NCBI GenBank assembly: GCA_001938485.1
Contig: MQRK01239110.1
Location: 35,460-85,168, forward strand
Reading direction: 5' to 3'
Length of the DNA: 49,709 nucleotides
From: Girardia tigrina
Taxonomy: Eukaryota
This document shows, piece by piece, positions 38,901 to 49,709 of this stretch. The position numbers and the translations under genes were made by a program. The number at the start of each line of letters is the position of its first letter. Positions within the stretch are counted from its first letter, which is position 1. The notes beneath the pieces are model-generated. The model was given only the letters and a program-made list of their open reading frames with translations. It made no database searches and was not told where the DNA came from.

Positions 38901-39522
38901 GATACTTGAGATAGCGCTGCCATATATTCAGGAACTTAACAACGTATCCTTTATTTACAAACATGATAACGCTCCAATAGATGTTCGTCGCAGTTCAAGA
39001 GAATGGTTTTCTGCGAATAATATCTCAACTTTAAATTGATCGGCTAAGTTTCCTGATGGAAATCTGGGCAATGCTGGTTTGATATTTTTATACCAATAAC
39101 ATGTAGTATTCGACGGTTTTAGATCTCAAAGAGGCGATTTCGAAGGCCTATGATGAAATAAACCAAAATGTGCTTCAAAACCTTGTTGAAAGCATGCCCA
39201 ATAGAAATTTTTAAGTGATTCATAATCTTGGTGGGTCGACAGATTACTAAAAAATTGATTTTCTTTTTTGTTCTTTTTATCATTTGATTTTAATAAACAT
39301 TTAGTGAAAGTGAACGTTTACTTATTTCCAGGTGAAAAAACTGCGCTTTTGCGAAGTTTCCTACTTTTTTCCTAAAAGCTCTTATTTTTAGTTTAAAATT
39401 GATATGGAAAGTAATAAACTAATGATTGTTGATCAATCAAACAGAGGAAAAAATTGCACAATGAGTATCAACATCCTTGGGTAAAGAAATGCATGTGAAC
39501 GTATCTTAATTTCCAGCACGGC
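38901..39522 (+). mobile_element. 3' fragment of a Tc3-like transposon with IR/DR-type end
   Basis: ILEIALPYIQE..FIYKHDNAPI..SSREWF..N*SAKFPD..IWAMLV..LQNLVESMPNR..GGSTDY* (stop ~39250). The direct repeat GTGAACGT..CTTA.TTCCAG occurs at ~39310 and ~39495, before a TA run. Confidence 0.75.
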
Positions 39523-40468
39523 ATATATATAATATAGTTTTTTCAATATCAAACAATTTCCATATTCCAAAAAGACCTACATTAGTTTTGGACTTCTTTT
39601 CTATGTAATTAAAGTAATTTATTCATTTTCGTTATCCATTCCATATTTTTTTTATTTTATTGTGACATCTTGTTACTCCTTCTTTTTAATCTGTCTGTTA
39701 ATTAATGTTAAAAATAATACAGTTATGAAATTATCATTATTTTTATTTTTTATAAGTTATTTATTGTATAAAATAGGATTTCGCGATCGACACTTTTTCT
39801 AAAATCCTTTTTTATTACAATTTATACAAAAATGATTATTGAAAATTATGATTGAACTAAGAATATCTTTTTTATTATGACAATAAGGATGTGATTATCG
39901 AAATAAAAGGACTTAAAAACTATTTTATGGGTAGATTATGTTACTTGTGGTGATAAAAATGATTTGTTCTCCTTATTAACACTAGTTAAAAACAACATAT
40001 TTGTCGACTTACTTTTGGTTTCCTTGTTTTTTTATTTAAAATACACTTTTAAAATATTGATACTGTTTTATGGTATATTTTGGTCACAATCTTTTGGTTA
40101 GAGAGATTTTGTTTCACCTGTTTAAAAAATTTTGTAGTAAAAGATAATATTTATATTTTGAAATTTATAACATCAAAAAACTAAATATTTTTATTTAGAA
40201 AAAAATTGCGATTAATTAACATTTTATTAAATCGAAACATTTAACAATTAATAATTTTTTATAGATAAAAACAAGTTTCATACCTAAATGCAAAGCTTTT
40301 GCATACCCTTAAAATTTATTTTATCGCACAAAAAACATAATTTTTGCTAAATATTTTACTTTTTGGGAAAGTTATTACAGTGGAACACCGTTATAACGAA
40401 GTGGACGGGACCGAGAAATTTCTTCGTTATAACGGGGTTTCGTTATAGCGAGAAGCAACCTGTTTTAA

Positions 40469-40695
40469 CCCTTAGAGGGTCTCTGGGGTCAGCGTATGAC
40501 CCCACGGTAATTTATCAAAGTTGACTGTGGAAAGAGGAAATATTCTGCAGCTTAATTTTTTTGTGACATTTCTTGTTACATGTTGTAGAAAATAAAACCA
40601 GAAGATGCACCTTATTCATTTTGTCATTGTAATAAAAAATGATTTTATTTAAAAAAATCACACTCAGGTTTTGTGGGGTCATACGCTGACCCCAG
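40469..40695. mobile_element. piggyBac-derived fragment nested in the Tigger 3' region
   Basis: TTAA|CCCTTAG left end; perfect 23-bp inverted repeat CTGGGGTCAGCGTATGACCCCAC (40483-40505 / 40673-40695). No right TIR or TTAA was found. Confidence 0.55.
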
Positions 40696-40887
40696 CCTAT
40701 AACTATATGTAAACTCATCTAAACCTCATTTCTTCGATGCAAACTAGTTGTTCCCACATGTATTCAACCAAGAAGCTTCTCATTTTGTACCTGAGAAAAA
40801 AATTGGTACAAAAATTTGTCATTTATTCACACAAGAATTATGACAAAACATCAGAAATAAGAAAACTATTTTAATAAAACCTTTTTG

Positions 40888-42536
40888 TCAAAACAACACC
40901 AAATGATCATTTTTAGTAGATATAGGGAAAAAATCGGTTATTTTTGACTGACGAGATATGTTACTCGTAGCCACAGCCTTCTCTACAATCTCCAAGGGTT
41001 GTAAAACGTCCAGTCCTCGCTCGGCACAGTAGCGTCGAAGTGTAGTCAAGCTTTCTAACATAGATGCAAGGGTCACGGGTGGAACGTTTTCCTCCATATC
41101 GTCACCATCTGATTGCTCATCCTCAACACAGGAGCCATGACGAATCTACAGAAACAAAGAATTACGACATCATACAATATTTGACACATGCTGTTACAGT
41201 ATTTACCAACCTTTTCGAGAATTTCAGAATCCTGAAGGATACCTTCCGTTGACACAAGTTCGTCCACTCCCAAGAAGTCCTCCAAGCAGCCGTCCATTCC
41301 AAAGTTGTGTGCGAGGAATGTGAAAATGTTCCTAGTCTCATTTAGAGTGGATTCAGATGTTCCAGTAGCAGAATTATCAATTGTTTCTGGAAATGGGTCG
41401 TGTTGGAAACCAGCATGATGAAAACAATTGACGATTGTCTGTGTATCCACTTCACTCCAAGCATGAGACGAAAGTTGAACACAGTCAAAGATTGTGATGC
41501 CAAACGACTGAAGATCCTTTTTTGCTTCCACCCAAAGGAGAAGACGGCGAAGAATTTTGGATCTGTATATCGTCTTGAAGGTCTTTATAATACCTTGATC
41601 TAGAGGTTGGATATGGATGGTTGTTGCGGGAGGTAGGAAAGCAAGCTCAATGGCATGCAGGTTTGTGACTGCTAAGGCCTTGTGGCTAGATACATTATCC
41701 ACAATTAATAGCACTTTTCTTCCAGGTAGCATCATATCGGCGTCAAATTTGCTCAACCACTGTTTCCATGTCTCAGAATCCATCCACGCTTTTCTGTTAC
41801 TGCAATATGTCACGGGGAGTGATTCCTTTTTGATGTTTTTGAAGCAGCGTGGTTTCTTAGAGTTGCCAATGAGAAGCAATTTTCTTTTGTCTGTTCCTGT
41901 CATATTCGTGCAGAACAGTATGGTAACTCTGCGTTTGCTAATTTTTCCACCAATGCATTTTTCACCTTTCAGAGCAAGTGTTTGGTTGGGGAGACATTGG
42001 TAAAACAAACTAGTTTCATCAGCGTTGTAGATGTCGTTTTCATTGTAAAGCTGCAGGTAGGTCGGGAATACATTTTGTCTCCATGCGATAGCAGCGTCTT
42101 CATTAGCTCCCATAGCTTCTCCAGACACAGTAAGGGACGTCAATCCATGTCTCTTTTTGAAGCGATTCAAGAAGCCATTGCTTGCTTTAAAGTCTGGAAA
42201 TTTCAAATCACATGCGAATTCCCTCGCTTTCTCTACAAGAATCACACCAGAGATTGGAATATTGAACGCCCGCTGCTGGGTAAACCATGTTTCTAAAGCA
42301 TGCTCAACATCTTCGACTGGACTTGAGCGNNNNNNNNNNNNNNNNNNNNNNNNNNNNNNNNNNNNNNNNNNNNNNNNNNNNNNNNNNNNNNNNNNNNNNN
42401 NNNNNNNNNNNNNNNNNNNNNNNNNNNNNNNNNNNNNNNNTTCATTTTTCTTTATCCCCTTGTCCACATCTTCTAATATAGAGAATTTCTCTTTCAAGTC
42501 TAATGCTTTTCTTTTACGTGGTCGACTTTGGTCCAT
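40888..42536 (-). CDS. Tigger (TIGD4/6-like) transposase, two exons: 42536-41211 and 41145-40888
   Basis: MDQSRPRKRKALDL start; CENP-B-type HTH (FKASNGFLNRFKKRH); YNADET, IVDN and QPLDQGII give DD32D. A 65-nt GT-AG intron joins an acidic tail and the QSKITDFF PIP box. Ns at 42330-42440 hide part of the N-terminus. Confidence 0.85.
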
Positions 42537-45500
42537 TGCAATCAGAAAATAATGCACTCGTTTAACACAACATCTCTTAAATAATCGAGACAGGCTAACC
42601 AGACAAACCCGTAGACACAGCAAAGAAAACCTATCCTACCCTCCTGTCTCAATTAAGAAACATGAGCTAAGCCATAACAACAGTCTNNNNNNNNNNNNNN
42701 NNNNNNNNNNNNNNNNNNNCATTAGCTTCGATTATTGCTTTCAGAAAAAAATGAAATGGTATTTGTGCTTGCCTTGAAACCCGTATTTTAAGGAACTGTA
42801 GCCAAGCCTGCAAGCCATCGTTACGATATCAATCAACCTACATTTTATCAAATGAGTACAGACAACGATGGCTCGGCCATAACAACAGTTTAATACCCAC
42901 TCACCCACATCCATCAATGAAACATGAACTCGCGGATTCAGTTGTGATAATTGGATTAAGAAAAGGAAATTGTAATTTGTGTTCGCGCTGGAAAACCTTA
43001 TTTTGAGGGACAGTATCCAAGCTTCGGTTTATCGTAATACAAATAACCCACCTTTTTCAAATGANNNNNNNNNNNNNNNNNNNNNNNNNNNNNNNNNNNN
43101 NNNNNNNNNNNNNNATTTGTGTTCGCGCTGGAAAACCTTATTTTGAGGGACAGTATCCAAGCTTCGGTTTATCGTAATACAAATAACCCACCTTTTTCAA
43201 ATGAGAATAGAGAGCGATGGCACGCCACAACAACAATCTATCACTCACTAATCCACTCAAACCTTATTCTAATTGAACAAGATATTTTTGTCTCTGTCAG
43301 TTGACGACAGACACTGACGTCTCTATTACTGAAAACTCACACACCCAGAAATGCAATTTATTCATATGGTTGCTTCCATATGAGCAGCATTGACTTNNNN
43401 NNNNNNNNNNNNNNNNNNNNNNNNNNNNNNNNNNNNNNNNNNNNNNNNNNNNNNNNNNNNNNNNNNNNNNNTTCGTTATAACGGGAGGGAAAATACATTG
43501 AAACATGTAGGATGCGGCAGGGACTACAAAATTCCTTCGTTATAACGAGAATTTCGTTATAACGGTGTTCGTTATAACGGGGTTCCACTGTATTTTATTA
43601 TTATTATTATTATTATTATTTTATTAGCTTATTTGCTTATGTTTAAAAGATTTAAAATTCGTTCAATAGTTATTACAAATGGGATTTTGTTACTGTTAAA
43701 AAAATATTCAAGTCGTTGAAAAGTATTAAAAGACGTATTATTTACCATTATTTTTCTTAAAAAAAATTTTTTTTTGAAGTTTAGGGGCCCTTTGCTAAGG
43801 GGTCCGTGTTGTAAAAAAGGTTTTAATGCACGATTATAAAGATAATTTTTAAGGGACTTTTTTGTTTTTAATTTTTGTTCCGTTTTTTTCATTTATTAAT
43901 TATAAAATTCATATATAATTAAAAAAATTTAATTTAAATTAATATTCGATTAAAATTTGATTAATTTAAAGGAAATTGTTTTAAAATTATTAGGAAACAC
44001 TTGTTCGGGAAAATGATATTATTTCATTAAAAACATTAAAATATTAATTAAAGCAATTAATAAATAAGTGTGGGAAATTATGCTTTTTTAATAAAGAAAT
44101 TGATAGAATGTCGAAGATATCGAATAACAAAGTGGTCGATGTTACATCACCGGTTACGTAAATATCCCACAAGAATTTTAGTCATTTTAAGTAAAATCAG
44201 AGTTATAAAATCTTTTCATTTTTTAATAATTTATTAATAATTTTAATTTTCTTTTAATATTTCATTATTTGATCGTTAAGAAAATAATCCATATTTTATT
44301 TTTAATTTTTTTTACAATTAAAATTAAATTTTTGATAGTGAAATAAAGAAGATTAAAATCATTTGAAAAAATAAAACCGATCCAAATTATTTAAAATTGG
44401 AATAAAAAGAAAAAGAAATATAAAAAAATATTAAATTCTATTATTATTTTATTTGTTTTTATAAATCATTACTTAAAAGGAAATTTTAAACTTAATTTTC
44501 AAAAAAAAATCCTATAACAAAATATATTAATTATTTATTTTAAACATACTTTAATTATCGGAAATTATCATCGCTGCTTTAATGTTATGAAAGTATAAAG
44601 TTATAAAAAATAATAAAAAACATACAATAATATAAAACTACTGCTAAAGTTCTTGTATTCCCTAATGGGAGATAATCTCTAGTATCTTCTTCCTTGTTTA
44701 TCTTTTTTTAAAAAATCTTTAAAGGGAATAACTGCCATTTTTTTGCTCATTAGTCTCACTTTTGAGTAAAGTGGAAATAATTGTAGATTGTAAAAATGCA
44801 AAACTCGGGAGTTTTTTATTATTCATGCTATAGAAAATATAGAAATGTAAGTGCTTTTAAAGTATTTTGTTAATAAATTTTAATTATACGACAGAGAAAA
44901 CAAAATAAAAGAATGTAAATCATCGAACAAGAAAAGAAGTTGATAATAAATCATCAACTGTTCGTAGATTTTGAAAACGTCTTGAATTAACGAACTGTTG
45001 ATATATAATTAGAAATAAGATAATTTTAATATTATATATTTTTTTATAAATTATATCAGATAATAATTTTAAAGAAATTTACTAAGTTTCATAAGATTTT
45101 TCACTGATCTTAAATAAAATCTCTCTGATTTTTTTGATTTTTTATCTCCATAATCAATATTTCTAAGTTTTAAAAAAATATTTTCGTCCCTTTTAATTAC
45201 CAAAATATTTAGTAAACGTGAGTACCACTTGAGAGTATGGCCTACCTTAACTTTTCCACTTTAGTTTACCGTGTACTTACAAATATTTGGCTTAAAATAT
45301 TGGGTTTTTGAACTGAAATAAGGCCGATTACTGACATTTTTATGTGCAATGCTATGTCAAAACACTATTATATTAATCTTGAAATGAAATTTTGGAAAAA
45401 TTTAACGATTCATTTTAAAAAATAACCTGCGACTGGATATTTAGGTTTCAAGGGGTACGAAATCTTTATGCTGATATAAATCAATCGACAAGAGATGTAT

Positions 45501-46796
45501 GATATAAAACTACTCATTGTTATAAAAATTTTTGGATAGTTATTTTAACACATTGTACTCGGATAACGTATTAATACGTTTTTAGCAAATTAATGCTAGA
45601 GAGCGGATCACGTATTTATACGTTTTTGATAGATTGTTAGTGGAGCGCGGGTCACGTTAAAATACGGGTTCCAATATACTTGAGTTTTCGCTATATAGCG
45701 TCTGTAGGGTTGTAGCCATGTAGGTAAAAACCTTTTGAGAACAATAGATGGGGTGTACGATGGGTACCGAGGTAGTGTTATTCATCACAAAAATAGTCGA
45801 AGATAACGGTACATGTAACGGTCTACATGCAACACTAAGACGAAAAATAACAATTTTTTAGTTTATTTCACTACTCTTTGGTGGTCGGACGTTTCTAAAA
45901 GCTAAATATCGAGTACACACATATATATATTATATATTATATAGATATTATATATATATTCCTACTTTATGTGAAGTTCTTCACTAGTTTAACGATGAAG
46001 AATACATTTCTAAATATAATAAAATAAAATGTAATAAAATAAATAATTTGCAAAAAGAATTATTGAAATCAAACAAATATTTTTGAAGTTATCGCAATTT
46101 TTCTAGATGTCTACGTTAGCGCGAAATTAAGCGAAAAATCACCCGTTACCAGCACTAGTACGCGGCCGAAAACTGCCCGATCACACAATGTGTTAATCAT
46201 ACCTTAATCATATTAATTTAAAAGTCCTGAAAGAATCCATAAGAAATGTATTTGATATTTCTTAGTAACACAATGACTAAAAGTAAATAATGTGTTTCAT
46301 GAAATTAAGACTAAAGCTGGTAAATATGTAGAACTGTAGATCAAACGTCATATAAGCACTTAAGGATGTTTATGTTAACCAAGAAGTATAAAAAAACATT
46401 ATGTGTTAAATATATTCACGAATTATACAAACAAGAATAGAATGGATAGTAGTAATTCAGGAGAGCCGTTTGATCGATGGCTTTCCTTTTTCCTTTTTAA
46501 CTAGAGACAGAATTCCAGTTACGACGTTGTAATTACCATTATATAAAGGAAAAAAATATATTAATTTCAAAAACAAATGCAACTTTACATATAATATTTC
46601 AAGTTCAATTTTGGTTTTATAAAAGTCAACTTGGAAGCAGTCAGATTCAGTTTGGAATTAAACCCTTTCGCTTCTTTTGATGAGTGAGACATTTGTGTTG
46701 TTTTCAAAGCCAAAATATTAACGAGCCATTTTCTTCACTTCGAAATTTATAATAAATAGTCTTCGTTAATATAAGTATATAAAGTTATATATATAT

Positions 46797-47778
46797 AATG
46801 CGTCTCAAATTATTGAGAACGGTTGTATTTCCGAGAATGTTGCATGAGTGCGATCTTGCTTGCCTGTTCAGTATTTTGTTTGTACAGTATTTTATATCAA
46901 CATAATTGATAATGCTCTTCGACCATCAGCTGATTTGTGGTTCCCACAGGGGCATTGGGTCTTCTAACAGGACAACGCTCCCTGCCACGCATCCATAAAG
47001 ACAAGTCAGCACCTCGACAACTACGGCATCCATTGCATGGAATGGCCGCCAAATTCATGTGACATGAACCCCATAGAAAATCTTTGGACACATTTAAAGC
47101 AACAGGTTTACCAGAGGCCAACTGCAAATACAGAGGAACTCAGTGCACGCATTAAGCACATTTGGAAAATTGATGCCTATTTACAGACTCTCTGTAAAGC
47201 ACTCGTTAAATCCATGCCACGTAGACTATAGGCTTATATTCGCAATCGTGGTTCTGCTGTACACAGTTACTGATTAAGTGTCTTTCTTTTTATTCTCAAT
47301 ATAGTGATCCTTTGATCTTATAAGGTTTAAACTTGAGGCTTTTTAGGAGGTCTGAGACGCTTATGGCTTTAAAAGGCACTCCTCCCATGCGGGGATTTAC
47401 ATGCCTAAGCTCCACCGGCGAACCACCATCACAACACACCTCACCAAGATTAGAAACCTTGGATCATTGAGATGTAATCGATGACGCGACGGCAGGGACA
47501 CTACTCCCTGCAGCCTGACACTCAGTTTTTGAAGCAGGGCCTTCAAAATATTGGTTTGCTAGTCCAATATCGATACATCGGCTGCCGACCTTTCAAACAG
47601 CAAATGGCTCAAATCAGGACGCTTTAGCCTAGAGAAGAGAGCTCTAGTTTCGCAGGGATACCACGCGGAGGTACGTCCAATCTGGCCTTGCACTCAGAGA
47701 TCCCTGTCTCAAAGTAGTACTTTTCAGTAATAAGCATGCATTTTTATCACCGTTCTGAGTAATATATAAACGCTTTGT
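46797..47778 (+). mobile_element. Internally deleted Tc1 (DD34E) carrying a nested non-coding insert
   Basis: Degenerate TIRs (AATGCGTCTCAAATTATTGAGAACGGT vs AAAGCGTTTATATATTACTCAGAACGGT) beside TA runs. 46893-47272 reads WVF*QDNAPCH...EWPPNSCDMNPIENLW...LVKSMPRRL*AYI..RG...Y*. Confidence 0.8.
47617..47706 (-). ncRNA. Candidate HDV-like self-cleaving ribozyme
   Basis: In order on the minus strand: P1 CAGGGAU, J1/2 hairpin, P2 GGACGU, P3 ACC, L3 UCCGCGU, P3' GGU, P1' AUCCCUG, CGAAA, P4 CUAGAG/CUCUAG, J4/2 GCUAA(A), P2' GCGUCC. Confidence 0.7.
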
Positions 47779-48939
47779 ATATATATATATATCACCTACT
47801 TCTATAAAAACATGTAGAACAATTTATAAAAACTTAAAATATAAAAATTGAAAAAAAATAATCAAAAATTCTGAAATAACTAAGACAAAAACGTATAACT
47901 AAGAAACTACAAAAAGAGAAAATTTATTTCCAGAAATAACAAGTGATGTAACTTTTTTCGAAAAATTCGATCCGCAATAGTTTTTTCAGCTCATCAGTCT
48001 ATCAGTGGACAATCTTTTTTATATTGAATATCAAATTATGCAAAAGGAATCACTTCAATCATAAAACTCTTAGAATAGTTTCGTAAAATTGAGTTCATCC
48101 CTGTACCTCGAAGGGTTATTAAACTTAGTACTATCCAACAATCGAATTCGTCTTCAGACTAAAACAAATCTATTGTTGTTTGTACGGAAATTTTAACGTT
48201 ATTACTTTTTGTTTTAAAAAACCTTCTACGAATTTCTTCTATATCCTTTTTATAGTAATTTTTTCAACTTTCTTCTTCTTTCTTCTAATTCTTTGTTCTC
48301 TTCCCATTTGTAATTAATTGATAATATATTAGTATTTAAATTAACTTTGGTTATTTATTATTATACACAGCTAAGGAGCCTTATAAAATTAATTAACGTA
48401 TTGTCAAGTCGCTTAAACAGCTATTCGGAAAAGAAACTTTAGTTTAGTATATTATGAGCATACTTTTCAGAGAGGTATTCAATAATATAAGTAAAGAACA
48501 AACTGAATGGACTTCATGTGCATATAAAAATAAATAAATCGGAGGTCAAAGGATTATTGAAAATCATTCCAGAATTTATCAGAATCATATTGCAACTTTT
48601 ATCATTTCTGATTTTTATTTTTATCATTAGAAATTATATTTTAAATTGTTGGGACATTTATATTAATTTTAACTTATTTTTCTTGAATGAATATTTATGT
48701 GAAACAAGATTTCTCCAGCTTTCGCTTTCAGAGTTTTTTAGCTCTTAGTTTTAAAATATTTCCTCTGACAGTATTATACAGAATTAAAAGTAAAACAATT
48801 GATCAACATTTATACGTTAATTCCCAAATACACAAATAATAATTGTCAACATACCTTTCTTTAAAGACGACATAACTCTAAAATTGAATTTCAGAACATT
48901 CTGAATGATCTATTTGACATCTTTTTTGTCTGTGAGCAA

Positions 48940-49510
48940 AAGTACCCGGTTGTTAGATTAATTCATTCGCATCATCTTTCGGGCCGAAGCCGTCCTCAAC
49001 AAGTGCCCTAGTTTTCACGGGGTTCTTTACTCACGGCATCCACCGAACCCTTCATTTGGGTGATCGTTTCCGCCAAGCCCGACACTTCTACTCATCACCT
49101 TATCAACTCATCATCAGAGGATAATTCTTCCTCCCATGATGTGTTGTTTTCATCCTCAGACGAGTCTGCAACCCGCATCCTATAGGGGTAGGAGACTTGT
49201 GCTTCATCGTCAGATGATTCGTCATCCTGGACTTGATCTTTTTTACCCCCTGATGCACTCGATTCCTAAAGTTGTATGACTGTAAAAGTGCATCCAGGGT
49301 GACTGGATCAAAATCCTTGGTGTCCTCACGCTGTCCATGCTCATAATCTCTTTCTTCCATCATGAACATCGATTCTGAGGTTCTTCTATGTCCTCTATCA
49401 CTGTATCTTATTATCACTATCTTTTCTGAGTCCTACTAAGGATCACACATTCCCGGTGATACGTCCTTTGTGATGCCGAGTATTTAACATTTTATACAGG
49501 ACAGCCAATT
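48940..49510 (-). other. GC-richer degenerate coding-like segment of unknown (probably mobile-element) origin
   Basis: Clear compositional shift; 104-aa ORF; a second frame gives the acidic DQVQDDESSDDEAQ...SSEDENNTSWEEELSSDDE; TATAAAA upstream near 49490. No family recognised. Confidence 0.3.
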
Positions 49511-49599
49511 GCAATTCGTCGTATCACCTAATCAAAGCAATCGTTTTAAACCGTCGAAATAATCATAAATAGTTTTGAATAAGTTCTTAACAGTATATA

Positions 49600-49709
49600 C
49601 AGGGTGCGGCAGCTATTTGAGAACACGTAATATAGACACCATATCTTTTTGTGTGTTATAATTACATAATTTTATTTTTGCTGGTAGACATGGCAGAAGC
49701 TACTCTTAC
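49600..49709. mobile_element. Left terminus of a Tc1/mariner-superfamily element running out of the window
   Basis: TATA|CAGGGTGCGGCAG start, typical of CAGGGTG-ended DD37D/DD41D-type TIRs. Confidence 0.45.

Larger units (their letters stand above)
40378..43590 (-). mobile_element. Full-length Tigger/pogo DNA transposon (contains N gaps)
   Basis: 23-bp TIRs CAGTGGAAC(A/C)CCGTTATAACGAA (22/23), TA TSDs, and multiple CGTTATAACG subterminal palindromes at both ends. Confidence 0.95.

Noticed and set aside
41400-42552. Plus-strand ORFs over the Tigger (also 6774-7981 over the mariner and 36511-36744 over the PLE)
   Set aside because: They are antisense shadows of transposon coding sequence.
41073-42623. 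516-aa ORF as listed
   Set aside because: The start at 42623 is non-ATG, and the C-terminus is intron read-through; the spliced model fits better.
42975-43204. Exact ~90-bp direct repeat (42975-43064 / 43115-43204)
   Set aside because: The two copies directly flank a 50-N gap, which is a typical unmerged contig overlap.
45553-45920. Possible MITE with TGTACTCG(G)ATA inverted ends
   Set aside because: The inverted match is short and there is no clear TSD; too weak to call.
93-48748. Many short I/F/K/N/L-rich ORFs
   Set aside because: Expected by chance in very AT-rich DNA; no motifs or splice support.

Overview
This is very AT-rich, intron-containing eukaryotic DNA from a gapped assembly. 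The composition, ~48-nt mini-introns and transposon repertoire suggest a triclad planarian, but that is inference. The only host gene I can support is the 5' part of an UNC5-like netrin receptor on the minus strand. Its five phase-compatible coding exons are 25196-25085 (signal peptide), 11413-11003 (Ig1), 5255-5152 and 5103-4929 (Ig2), and a 48-nt micro-exon at 947-900; the TSP1, TM and cytoplasmic exons should lie left of the window. Everything else recognisable is mobile DNA: two mariners, several Tc1-family elements, a near-intact intron-containing Tigger/pogo, a MULE deletion derivative, hAT, Merlin-like and piggyBac MITEs, and Helitron and Penelope remnants. The most interesting signals are (1) an HDV-like self-cleaving ribozyme fold heading a ~390-bp structured non-coding insert nested in a Tc1 relic, (2) a perfect 74-bp inverted duplication inside an intronic mariner (a potential dsRNA 'killer' allele), (3) a Tigger whose PCNA-binding tail depends on splicing, and (4) a Penelope with an inverted pLTR carrying a decayed hammerhead. 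All calls were made by eye, without database searches.
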